Assembly (NCBI GenBank): GCA_038528965.1
Contig: JBCBEC010000022.1
Span: 4,640-68,639, forward strand
Origin: Bacteroidota bacterium
Lineage (GTDB): Bacteria; Bacteroidota; Bacteroidia; Chitinophagales; Saprospiraceae
Direction: 5' to 3'
Length of the DNA: 64,000 nt
This document shows, piece after piece, positions 20,980-30,734 of the stretch. Each line of letters opens with the position of its first letter. The stretch's first letter is position 1. The notes beneath the pieces were generated by a model. It had not been told where the DNA came from and did not search any database. It saw only the letters and a list, made by a program, of their open reading frames with translations. The position numbers were made by a program, and so were the translations under genes.

Positions 20980-21732
20980 TTATTGGGAATTCTTCAGTTT
21001 GGCCAGGAACAGGTCTTTGCGAGCACGAGCGAGTGGAATAGCTGCCTGGTCTTTTGTAATGATTGTCCCCCCATCTTGAAATAGATAGCTTGATATCCAG
21101 CTCATGTTGATAAGATGGGATTGGTGGCAACGGAAAAAGTTAGAGTCAGGGAGCAATTGAACATATTTACCCAGATTGCGCGCCACGGATATGTCTGCCT
21201 GACCATTGATGTGAAAGGTTGTGACCCCCTTATCAGAACTCAAACGAATGAGGTCTTTAATGGATATGAAGTGGTAGCCCTGATCATTATTGACCACAAT
21301 TACCTCTGGGTTCTTTTTTTGCCATTGTTGTTCTACATTTTGTAGACGATCTGCCAATTGTACGCTTTGTTCATTTTTACAACGATTAACCACTTCAAGA
21401 AGACGATCCGGGTCAATGGGTTTCAGCAGATAATCCAAAGCACTGTATTCAAAGGCTTGTAGAGCGTACTCATCGTAAGCAGTTACAAAGATGAGATGAA
21501 ACTGAGGATTAGGGAGCATTTCTAGCAGATCAAAGCCGGTATACTTTCCAATGCGAATATCCAGGAAAACGATATCCGGTTGGTTTTGTCCAATAAGTTT
21601 AGCTGCATTTACGACATTGTCAGCCTCTGCAATGATCTCAATTTCAGGGCAATACATTCCCAAGATTCGGCTAAGGGTTACACGCGCATTTTTTTCATCA
21701 TCCACTAGGATGGCCCTGAGGGAGTGGTCCAT
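20980..21732 (-). CDS. LytTR-family response regulator
   Basis: Internal start 'MDHSLRAILVDDE...' gives a REC domain, and the C-terminus has a LytTR-like DNA-binding region 'ISIKDLIRLSSDKGVTTFHI'. It is the cognate partner of the LytS-type kinase. Confidence 0.8.
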   Translation of the reverse strand: MDHSLRAILVDDEKNARVTLSRILGMYCPEIEIIAEADNVVNAAKLIGQNQPDIVFLDIRIGKYTGFDLLEMLPNPQFHLIFVTAYDEYALQAFEYSALDYLLKPIDPDRLLEVVNRCKNEQSVQLADRLQNVEQQWQKKNPEVIVVNNDQGYHFISIKDLIRLSSDKGVTTFHINGQADISVARNLGKYVQLLPDSNFFRCHQSHLINMSWISSYLFQDGGTIITKDQAAIPLARARKDLFLAKLKNSQ

Positions 21733-21840
21733 AAAATAAAACGTAAGTGTTTTTGTGTGTAGTAGTATTTGTTCTAGTAACGATATAATCACCATAGGGA
21801 TTCACCGAGCGGAGAAATATAGGCGATTTTCGGAAAAGAG

Positions 21841-22539
21841 TCAACCGTTGTCTGAGAAGGAGAGAAGCTCACAATAACCAAAGAAACGGCCACGGCGATC
21901 AAATACCTCGCGGCGAACAATTCCTACCCCAGGCGAGAACCAATCTCGTAAGCGGAATCGTTTGCGAACCACTTGTGTTACCCATAGTTCGTAGGCCATT
22001 GCCACACAACCAAAGCCACCAGCTGGTGTAGAAAGGTCTTCCTGGTCCAGTATTAGTACGGGGCCAATGGCTAGGTCCAGGTCAATGATTTTGCTATCGC
22101 CGCTATAGCCACTAATGTGAGAATAAGACTGTGGAATACTATCCCCCGGCTGTAAGCCAGTAGGCAGGAGCCAGCCGCTTTCATCGGTGCGCAAGTCCAG
22201 GCCTGTCAGGGATTGTAGCATATCCGGCGTGAGCTTCGATAGCAGATCTTGTTGTAGCCCGTCGGTGGTACACTGTACTTCATACTGCCCTTGGTAGACG
22301 GTATCCTGGAAACTATTTACAATGGTGAGTTCAACCATTCGCTCAGCTCCTGTTGACGATTGTACAGGGACGTAATGCTTAGTCGTGAACGAGGGCTTTT
22401 GGTTAGCTCCGTACCATTGATAAATCCATTGTCGACCAGCAGGATACTCTAGCACATCTCCACAGGAAATTTCCTCCTGTGCTAATGCTTGGAAGGCAAG
22501 CAAAAAGACTAAAGGAAGTGTAAGGATGACTTTGTGCAC
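21841..22539 (-). CDS. Secreted hypothetical protein
   Basis: Signal peptide 'MHKVILTLPLVFLLAFQALAQ'. No recognisable motifs. Confidence 0.45.
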   Translation of the reverse strand: MHKVILTLPLVFLLAFQALAQEEISCGDVLEYPAGRQWIYQWYGANQKPSFTTKHYVPVQSSTGAERMVELTIVNSFQDTVYQGQYEVQCTTDGLQQDLLSKLTPDMLQSLTGLDLRTDESGWLLPTGLQPGDSIPQSYSHISGYSGDSKIIDLDLAIGPVLILDQEDLSTPAGGFGCVAMAYELWVTQVVRKRFRLRDWFSPGVGIVRREVFDRRGRFFGYCELLSFSDNG

Positions 22540-22872
22540 GTGATCAGATATTTACTGCTGCAAAAGTAAGGATTCAGCGCCAATGTATTTTGCATGACAT
22601 ATTCCATCACTTACCGCGATTGCAAAGCACGCCATCTGTCCACCCTTGAAGTGCAATTAATAAGGTAGGGTAGGGCTATTTTCGTAAAGTCAATATTTTT
22701 TAACAAGGAGCGATTCCATTCTTTCAAATCCCCAAACTAAAGCCTATCTTTGCGTCCGCCGCAATTGGAACTAAGTTTGCGGCACGGGTGTTAGAAATCA
22801 ACAAAGATGATAGCTTACGCCAATGCGGCAACTTTCACTATCGTTTTTACTTCTAACTTTCACCCAATCCCC

Positions 22873-22944
22873 GGTCCCGTAGTACAACGGATAGTATGTA
22901 GGTTTCCGGAGCCTGAGATGGAGGTTCGATTCCTCCCGGGACCA
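22873..22944 (+). tRNA. tRNA-Arg (anticodon CCG)
   Basis: Manual fold: acceptor GGTCCCG/CGGGACC, D-arm GTAC-AACGGATA-GTAT, anticodon stem TAGGT/GCCTG with loop TTCCGGA (anticodon CCG), T-arm GGAGG-TTCGATT-CCTCC. CCA is not encoded. Confidence 0.85.
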
Positions 22945-23683
22945 CTTCTCTTATTTCAGCCTTGCTGATAATCAGTGGATTAGAACAACAAAAATCCGCG
23001 AGTTGTCGGCAGCGTTGACGCTTTACATGAGGAAGATACGAAAAGGTCAGATTTCTTTGGAGGTCTGGCCTTTTGCGATTTTAGACCCTATGAAGAAGAA
23101 AAACGATAGCTGTTAAGTGGGTGTAAGGAAAGCCAGTCAAGTTTGTTCTTGACTGACTTTTCGTTTTATACCAGTTTGTGATATACTGAAATTAATCTTG
23201 CTTATAGAATAGATGTTTTTTCCCAAGAGGCCTGCTTTGTTCAATATCCTTCAATTGTATTGAGTTTATTTATGTGGTATGATTACATGTGTTCTGCGTA
23301 CATCAAAACTTTTAGATTTTGATTAGGGATATACCTTATAGATTTACGAAAGCCTAAGCAAACATAGTGATAGTTGAAATTCACATAGAGGATTCAGTAG
23401 TCTACTATGGTTCCTATGCTTTCTTGTTTTTCAAAAAATGATAGAATCATAATTTTTACCGATTTAACCTCCCTAAAAATGACTAAGTATGCTATCTTAA
23501 AACTCTATTGTTTTGTCTGAAAGCAGATAGATAGTTTAATGATTTCATAATCATGTAACTAAAAACGGTTCCTAAAAAGTTGATTTGGTTCTCGCTCTGC
23601 AATTATTGTAGTATAGGACTACAACTATCATTTTACTTCTAATTAGAGCATTTGGTGATGCTGGAAACACACGTGCTATTCAT

Positions 23684-25615
23684 ATGAATTTTTTTGTTTT
23701 ACTAGTTGCAATTGATACCTATTCGGACCCTTCCATGTCATTAGCTGGTTGTGTCAATGATTTGAATGCAATGCACAGCTTTTTAATCACTCACCTTGAT
23801 CAATCAAAAAACAAAGTTTTTATTAAAACCCTTATTAATGAGCAAGCAACTCGGAAAAATCTAATTAGCACCTTTGTAGAACATTTTGACCAAGCCAGTA
23901 ATGAGGATTGCTGCTTATTTTACTTTGCTGGTCACGGTTCTAGAATCCCAGCCCCAAGAGGGTTCTATCATCTTTCAAATAATACGAAATTACAATCTAT
24001 TGTTTGCTACGATAGTCGCGCGCATAATGGTTACGATTTAGCGGATAAAGAAATATCTTATTTGATTTGGCAAGTCGTTAAGGATAAGAATATTCATTTT
24101 TTAAACATAATGGATTGTTGTTATTCACATACAAATACACGCAGCGTCGAAAAAATTAGAATGCAAAATCCTGAAAAAAGGTCTCGTCCTAAAGATCTTT
24201 TTATTGGCCATTCATCTTATTATCAAGATGACGCTGGTCATATTAAGGCTCCAGTCGGACGACATATTTCTATATCTGCGTGCAATATTGATGAAACCGC
24301 TAAAGAAATCTCCTGTGCTAATGATCAAACTCGAGGAGCCTTTACCTTTACTTTGCTAAAAACTCTTAGAGAACATGGGCTTCGACATTCCTATTCTAAC
24401 CTAGTACAACGTGTGCGACTCAATTTAAGACTACTAAATATACATCAATCACCACAACTAATGGTTGTTGATAATGCTGATGCTAATAGCTCTTTTTTGT
24501 TGCTAGATGATATAATTGGACACAAGCCTTATTACGTTTACTTTGATCAATGGGAAAAAGAGTGGATGATCAACTGTGGTGAAATTAATGGCATCACTAT
24601 GGGAGAAGCCTCATTTCCGACCCTGTTTACAGTTTTAGAAGGGAAGGTTAAGTTGGAAGTGAAATATATATATCCTGATAGGAGTATTGTAACATCAATG
24701 CCTAAGGGAATCGATAAAGATCGTGTATACACAGCTCATTTACTTCAACAATACTCAGGTAAGCTATCCATAGCTATTGATGAACGTACTAAAGAACCAT
24801 TCAAACAGCAACTAATTGATTTTTTAAGCAAGAGATCTTCAGATTGCTTTCAACTATTCATAGAAGGGAAACTGACTAAATATAAAATTTACCCGACTAC
24901 AAAGGGACTGAATTTAACCAGTGGTAACCGTCATCGAGAATTAATGCAGATCGATAGAAGCTGGGATAAAAGAGGAATTGCCGATCTTATCAATCGCTTA
25001 AATCAAATAGCTATTTGGGAGCAACTCTACAAATTAGAGCGACCGACTAGTACTATTACTCGGCAGCATTATCAAATAAGCATGAACCGAGTGGTTGCTA
25101 TCGACAGTCAGCGCGATAATGCTATGACTGAATTATTGGATATCGATTTCCCGATTGATTTGTCTTATTACCTGCATAACGACCAATGGCAGGAACCTGC
25201 TTTTCAGTTAGAACTCAAAAATACAAGTGACCAACCCTTGTGGTTTGCCGTTATATATCTAGATGACCGGTACGGAATAACTACTCTGAGAGCGAGTGAA
25301 TTAATTGGAGAAGGCGAAGCATCCTACCTGATTAATAGATACAGTGACTTTGACTTTATTACTCACCATGTTTGTGTGGAAGATAGCTATCTGGAGGTTG
25401 GAGTGAACAAGATTAGCGACTATCTGAAAGTAATTATCAGTACTCACCAAATTTCACAAATTATCGAATTTGATCAAACTCCAATGAAGTTTGACACTTA
25501 TATTGAAACATATAAGTCTTCACCGAATCGCCCGCGCATCAAAAGTGATGATTTTACCACTGAGCTGATAGAGCTTCGTATTACACGCCCTTTAACGTCA
25601 TTCCCGACTTCCTGA
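23684..25615 (+). CDS. Caspase-like (peptidase C14) protein with ~400-aa uncharacterised C-terminal domain
   Basis: The N-terminal ~170 aa carry the caspase catalytic dyad in its canonical context: 'CLFYFAGHGS' (His) then 'LNIMDCCYSH' (Cys) about 60 aa later. The rest has no recognisable motifs. Confidence 0.6.
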   Translation: MNFFVLLVAIDTYSDPSMSLAGCVNDLNAMHSFLITHLDQSKNKVFIKTLINEQATRKNLISTFVEHFDQASNEDCCLFYFAGHGSRIPAPRGFYHLSNNTKLQSIVCYDSRAHNGYDLADKEISYLIWQVVKDKNIHFLNIMDCCYSHTNTRSVEKIRMQNPEKRSRPKDLFIGHSSYYQDDAGHIKAPVGRHISISACNIDETAKEISCANDQTRGAFTFTLLKTLREHGLRHSYSNLVQRVRLNLRLLNIHQSPQLMVVDNADANSSFLLLDDIIGHKPYYVYFDQWEKEWMINCGEINGITMGEASFPTLFTVLEGKVKLEVKYIYPDRSIVTSMPKGIDKDRVYTAHLLQQYSGKLSIAIDERTKEPFKQQLIDFLSKRSSDCFQLFIEGKLTKYKIYPTTKGLNLTSGNRHRELMQIDRSWDKRGIADLINRLNQIAIWEQLYKLERPTSTITRQHYQISMNRVVAIDSQRDNAMTELLDIDFPIDLSYYLHNDQWQEPAFQLELKNTSDQPLWFAVIYLDDRYGITTLRASELIGEGEASYLINRYSDFDFITHHVCVEDSYLEVGVNKISDYLKVIISTHQISQIIEFDQTPMKFDTYIETYKSSPNRPRIKSDDFTTELIELRITRPLTSFPTS

Positions 25616-25847
25616 CAGTAAGAGTGCTTATTTCTCAAGATTGTTTTACTCATTTTTTAGTAGGTAGACTTCCTTTATTGTAAGGAATAGACCGAAGCTC
25701 AAAGAACTGAACTTTGCATTATCAATACTTCATAACTCCATGAAATTGGGTTGTTCAAGCCAATCTTTTTGTAAGGATAGTCCCACTGGTGTTAGAAAAT
25801 TGACTACAACAATTCTATCAATACATAAAGCCCTTTACGGCTAAAAA

Positions 25848-26246
25848 TTGACACTTATGACAATCGGTAAACCAATCGTGCATTTGAAAAAAAGAACGAA
25901 ATATGATGGTACTAAAATCTATTTCCTGCATTGCATAACCTATTTTTATAAGACAAATATCATAGCAGATGGACATTTGCCCATCAGTACAGAACTAGAT
26001 GATAACCAAATAATGACGGTCGTTCTAAGGGTGAGAGAAGATGCAACACTCCCTATGTTAAATCGAGTGCTGACGCCTGTTGTACACACTATAGAATTAG
26101 GAGTATTACCCTTCGCAGATGAATATAGTGGTCTTATTAGAGTTGTAGTTCAACAAGATGGACGCTCATCTGATAAACCAAATGAAAGCAGTGTAAGTCC
26201 TGCTGATGGCGATGAGGATGATCGTCCGATAGGAGAAGGGCGTTGA
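25848..26246 (+). CDS. Hypothetical small protein
   Basis: ORF only. Acidic C-terminal tail. Confidence 0.3.
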   Translation: MTLMTIGKPIVHLKKRTKYDGTKIYFLHCITYFYKTNIIADGHLPISTELDDNQIMTVVLRVREDATLPMLNRVLTPVVHTIELGVLPFADEYSGLIRVVVQQDGRSSDKPNESSVSPADGDEDDRPIGEGR

Positions 26247-26289
26247 TCAAATCATCAGCGAGCTACTCTTCAAAACTACGCACATTATA

Positions 26290-28455
26290 ATGAAGTTTCT
26301 ACTGTGTTCTTTGTTATCAATTATAGTTATTGGTAATCCTCTTCTTGGTCAGAGCAATCCCAATGCTGAATTTCTGCAAAAATTATCGGTGGATAGTTTG
26401 GAGAAACGTTTAGCATTTGTGCGAGGCGAAGAAGAAAAAGTTAATATTCTAAACGAATTGGCTTTCAGGTTGCGTTATCGCGAACGAACACAAGCCTTGG
26501 AATACGCCAAGACTGCTTATGGTATAGCTGTGCAGCACGGTTTCATTGAGGGAGAAGGAGATAGTCACATGCGCTTAGGCGTCATTTATAAAAATTTAGG
26601 TCAGCACCAACTGTCTTTAGACCACTATCAGCGGGCAGCTACTATCCGAGTAGAATTAGGAAATGTTGCCGGAGCGGCTCTGGCTTACAGCCAAATGGGA
26701 AAGGCCTCTAAGACACAGGGCAAGATAGAAGAGGCAAAGATGTACTACCAAAGGGGGCTGGACCTATTGGAGCCACCAGATGGATACCTTAAAGAGAAAG
26801 GGAGAATATTGCTTGGCCTTTCTAATCTGTATAGAGACGAGAAAAATTACCGCAAGGCTCTGGAGTTGCTAGAGTCGAGACGAATGATTTCCGAGAAGCT
26901 CGCTGACAAAAAAGGGTTGGCTACCGTTTACTTGCAACAAGGTATTCTCTATGATTACTTGGAAAACCACGGATTGAGTAAGGAGAGCTTTGAAGAAAGT
27001 CTTCAGCTATACGAAGGTTTGAAGGATAGTACTGGGATCGCCAATTGCAACGTCAATTTAGGAAATAATGCTTTTCACCGAGAAAACTACGACGAGGCCC
27101 ATGAATTCTTCCTAACGGCTTTTTCATTATTGCAGTTTCTGAATAAAGATAATCAAGGAGTTTTATTGACCAATTTGGGAGCTACATGCTCAAAGCAAAA
27201 TAATTATGACAAGGCCTTAAGCTATTACGATCAGGCTCTTACTTATTTTGAAGACGGAGAAAATCAGTCACAGCTGGCTTCTATCTACCATCAATTAGGT
27301 GAATTATTCAATGTCCAGGAGAATCACGAACGAGCTATCAGCTACTTAAATAAAGGATTGACAATTGTTGAGCAAATTGATCGTAAAGGGCTAGAGTTAA
27401 AGTTGCGGTTTCAACTCTTTCAAGCCTACACAAAGAGTGGGCAATCGGCTGCTGCAACCTCAGTAATGCAAGGTTATCACCAATTGAGAGACAGTATTGT
27501 CAAAGGCTATGAAGAAGCAACCAACTACAAATTAGATTTAGAAAGGGAAAGAGTTGAGCAAGTGCAAGCCAAGGCAGAGTTCGAACTAGCTACCGCTAGC
27601 TTGAAGAATCGCAATATCACTTATCTATCCGCTTTTTTGATATTGCTACTAGTTTCTTTAAGTGTGGGCATTTATTCTTTTATCAATCAGCAGCGTAAAC
27701 GTGCCGAAATGAGACACCTAGAGACGGAGCAAAAAATAGATCAACTACTGCAAAATCAGGAATTACAGTTTACATATGCTAAGCTCGCTGGTCAAGATAT
27801 GGAAAGGAAAAGAGTTGCACAGGATCTTCATGATCGAGTGGGGAGTACTCTAGCTGCTGTAAAGCTGCATCTCGATAAGATTGAAAAAAGTATAAGTGCT
27901 ATTGAATTTCAAGGCAGACCCATTGAGACAGCTAATCAACTCTTAGACCATGCTTGTAATGAAGTACGAAGTATTTCTCAAAACTTGCAATCTAGTACAA
28001 TCTTAAAGTTTGGACTCTTGTCGCAAGTGAGAAACTTGGTAGACTCTATTAATGCGGCGGACCAACTACAGGTAAAGTTGAATGTTTTTGGTTTCGGAGA
28101 AGAGCGATTGGCTCTCAATAAAGAGATTGAAATCTACCGAATTCTACAGGAACTTTCTAGTAATACTATGAAACATGCCCAGGCCAAAATACTTACAATT
28201 CAGTTAAATAAATTCAAAGATGTACTGAATGTAATCGTAGAAGATGATGGGATAGGATTTATGAAAAGCGAAATCAAAGATAAATCTGGCATGGGACTTC
28301 ATAACGTTCAATCAAGAGTTATTAACCTAAAAGGGAAAATTCTTATTGACTCTGTTAAAGGGAGGGGAACCTCTGTAAGCATTGATCTTCCGTTGTCTGG
28401 TCAGCTATTATCAGATGAAACACAGAGCGAAGATTTGGAAGAAATAATTAACTAA
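26290..28455 (+). CDS. Sensor histidine kinase with signal peptide, periplasmic TPR repeats, one TM, HisKA_3 dimerisation and HATPase_c (NarL-partner type)
   Basis: Signal 'MKFLLCSLLSIIVIGNPLLG'. Numerous TPR-like 'A..Y...G..Y...G.Y..A...Y..AL' repeats. TM 'ITYLSAFLILLLVSLSVGIYSF'. H-box 'AQDLHDRVGSTLAAVKLHL' is HisKA_3. 'IVEDDGIGF...GMGLHNVQSRV' is the ATPase. Confidence 0.75.
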   Translation: MKFLLCSLLSIIVIGNPLLGQSNPNAEFLQKLSVDSLEKRLAFVRGEEEKVNILNELAFRLRYRERTQALEYAKTAYGIAVQHGFIEGEGDSHMRLGVIYKNLGQHQLSLDHYQRAATIRVELGNVAGAALAYSQMGKASKTQGKIEEAKMYYQRGLDLLEPPDGYLKEKGRILLGLSNLYRDEKNYRKALELLESRRMISEKLADKKGLATVYLQQGILYDYLENHGLSKESFEESLQLYEGLKDSTGIANCNVNLGNNAFHRENYDEAHEFFLTAFSLLQFLNKDNQGVLLTNLGATCSKQNNYDKALSYYDQALTYFEDGENQSQLASIYHQLGELFNVQENHERAISYLNKGLTIVEQIDRKGLELKLRFQLFQAYTKSGQSAAATSVMQGYHQLRDSIVKGYEEATNYKLDLERERVEQVQAKAEFELATASLKNRNITYLSAFLILLLVSLSVGIYSFINQQRKRAEMRHLETEQKIDQLLQNQELQFTYAKLAGQDMERKRVAQDLHDRVGSTLAAVKLHLDKIEKSISAIEFQGRPIETANQLLDHACNEVRSISQNLQSSTILKFGLLSQVRNLVDSINAADQLQVKLNVFGFGEERLALNKEIEIYRILQELSSNTMKHAQAKILTIQLNKFKDVLNVIVEDDGIGFMKSEIKDKSGMGLHNVQSRVINLKGKILIDSVKGRGTSVSIDLPLSGQLLSDETQSEDLEEIIN

Positions 28456-28511
28456 GGGCTGCTTGAATGTACTCTATCGTACAAAGAAGCTAACTACAAT
28501 AATTAACAGGC

Positions 28512-29141
28512 ATGATTAGGGTTCTGATAGCAGATGATCATCAAATGTTCCTAGATGGGATAGAATCTTTTTTGGATGAAGATCCTAACATTGAGGTCGT
28601 GGCACAAGCGAATAATGGGAATGAAGTTATAGCGAAGTTGAAACAGGTTAAAGTCGATGTGTTGGTTCTTGATATCGACATGGGAACGCCTAATGGTGTT
28701 GATACTGCAGCTATCATTAGGAAGCAGTATCCATCTATAAAAATTCTCATGCTTAGCATGTATAATAGGAGAGAATACCTATTGGAAATAATGAAAATTG
28801 GTGCAATGGGTTATGTGCTTAAGGATAAAAGTAAAGAACAACTTATTCACGCTATCCATCAAGTATATAGAGGTACCGTGTACTATGGGCTGGAGATTCT
28901 AAATGAATTGCAAACAGCCAGACTGGTCAAAGCAACCGATGAGCCAGAGCTAACAGATAGAGAAAAAGACGTGTTAACCGAAATTGGTAATGGCTTATCG
29001 ACTAAACAGATTTCTAAAAAACTTGAAATTGAAGAAACAACTGTGAATACGCACAAACGTAACTTAAGACACAAATTGGAGGCAGATAACGAAAAGCACT
29101 TAGTACGGTACGCAATCAAGCATGGGTATTCGAAGCTTTGA
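28512..29141 (+). CDS. NarL/FixJ (LuxR)-family response regulator
   Basis: REC 'MIRVLIADDHQMF...VLVLDIDMG' plus C-terminal LuxR HTH 'LTDREKDVLTEIGNGLSTKQISKKLEIEETTVNTHKRNLRHKL'. Confidence 0.85.
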   Translation: MIRVLIADDHQMFLDGIESFLDEDPNIEVVAQANNGNEVIAKLKQVKVDVLVLDIDMGTPNGVDTAAIIRKQYPSIKILMLSMYNRREYLLEIMKIGAMGYVLKDKSKEQLIHAIHQVYRGTVYYGLEILNELQTARLVKATDEPELTDREKDVLTEIGNGLSTKQISKKLEIEETTVNTHKRNLRHKLEADNEKHLVRYAIKHGYSKL

Positions 29142-29199
29142 TTAGGTGATTTACTGTTACTATTCTAGGATACCTAACATATCGTTAAAATGTGATTAA

Positions 29200-30729
29200 A
29201 TGCCAGATTTTGCCAACGGAAGATCTCGTGGTATTTCTCAGCAGTTTGCTGAAAAATATACTAGAGTGTCAAAAAGTAAGAACTATATATTGGGAATAGG
29301 TATCGATAACTATCAATATCTCAGGAGACTCCACAATGCTGTATTGGATGTGGACAGTATTTTGTCTGTATTGGTCAAGCAGTATCAATTTCAAAATGCA
29401 GAGATCACTAAAATTTACAATGAAAAATGCACCCGGAGTAATATTCTCCGTCAGTTGAGATATTTAGTTCAGCGGGTAAAAGAAACTGACAATCTCATCA
29501 TTTATTATTCGGGACATGGCATATTTGATGAACAACTAATGGAGGGTTATTGGGTGCCAGTTGATGCTCGATCTAAGGAAGAAACTATCGGTGAGTATAT
29601 AAGTAACGCTGACATCCAAAAACACCTTAGCCGTATAAAAAGTCGGCATACAATCCTATTTAATGATAGTTGTTTTTCAGGATCGATCTTTGGCGTTGAT
29701 AGAAATATTCAACAAGAGAAGCAGGAGGTATTACCATCAAGGTGGGCCTTTACTTCTGGCCGTAAGGAAGTTGTACAAGATGGTGTCCCTGGAGAGCACA
29801 GTCCGTTTGCTAAGAGTATCCTTAGAGTTTTGGAAGAGAACCGAAGGGAAAAACTATTCTTATCAGAACTTGTGAATTTGGTAACACTGGATGTAGATCG
29901 AAATACCAATCAAACCCCGAGGGGTAGTTACTTACAGAACACGGGCGACCGTGGAGGAAATTTCGCCTTTTACTCACGAGATCAAGAAGAAAGGTTTTGG
30001 AAAAAGCAATTGAGTCAGCCATCTCCTGAAGGACTCATTGCTTATCAACGCTATTATCCGTTGGGAAGCTATATAAATGAATCTGTTGACCGAATAAAAC
30101 GCTTGGTTCCTCCCGGAAAAGGATTAAATCCACTAGGACGCCCAGTATATACCCAAAGTGAAGTCACTGAAGTGTCTTCCAATCAAGATTGGCAGTGGTT
30201 AGTCCCGATTCAAAAAACAAGCTCAGCCACATCGTGGTCGCTGACGCAACTAGAAACATTTCTGAATAGCTCGGACTATCGAAAAGCCGACATAGAAACC
30301 TCTGCTATTATATTGAAATATAGTGGTTTGAAGTCGAGTGATTGGATGGGTGAGTCAGATGTTGCCTTGTTACCAAAGCTCCTTGTTGAAGAGTTGAGTA
30401 TGCTATGGGAGAATTATTCTGATGGGCGTTTTGGCTTCCGAAAACAGTATAGCATTTGGAAATATCTCGAAGAGACGGGAGGCAAAAATGCTAATAAGTC
30501 TTTACTCTTTGAAGAGTTCTCTCAACGGGTGGGATGGGCTACCACTACAAATGCAGAACTTATTTACGACTATGAGCAATTGCAATTCTCGCTGGATGCA
30601 CCAGAAGGGCATTTTCCGACGCTCCGGTTCGCTCACGCTACAAGCGATTTAGGTATTGGCTGGGGTAAGTATTGGGAGTCAATATTTTATAGTCTGATTA
30701 ACCGAATTGAAGCACTCATAAAAAAATAA
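29200..30729 (+). CDS. Caspase-like (peptidase C14) domain fused to a C-terminal GUN4-like domain
   Basis: Dyad 'LIIYYSGHGI' and 'ILFNDSCFSGS'. The C-terminal region 'SDGRFGFRKQYSIWK...FSQRVGWA' resembles the conserved GUN4 core (GRFGFS..Q..IW....F...VGW). Confidence 0.55.
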   Translation: MPDFANGRSRGISQQFAEKYTRVSKSKNYILGIGIDNYQYLRRLHNAVLDVDSILSVLVKQYQFQNAEITKIYNEKCTRSNILRQLRYLVQRVKETDNLIIYYSGHGIFDEQLMEGYWVPVDARSKEETIGEYISNADIQKHLSRIKSRHTILFNDSCFSGSIFGVDRNIQQEKQEVLPSRWAFTSGRKEVVQDGVPGEHSPFAKSILRVLEENRREKLFLSELVNLVTLDVDRNTNQTPRGSYLQNTGDRGGNFAFYSRDQEERFWKKQLSQPSPEGLIAYQRYYPLGSYINESVDRIKRLVPPGKGLNPLGRPVYTQSEVTEVSSNQDWQWLVPIQKTSSATSWSLTQLETFLNSSDYRKADIETSAIILKYSGLKSSDWMGESDVALLPKLLVEELSMLWENYSDGRFGFRKQYSIWKYLEETGGKNANKSLLFEEFSQRVGWATTTNAELIYDYEQLQFSLDAPEGHFPTLRFAHATSDLGIGWGKYWESIFYSLINRIEALIKK

Positions 30730-30734
30730 AACAA

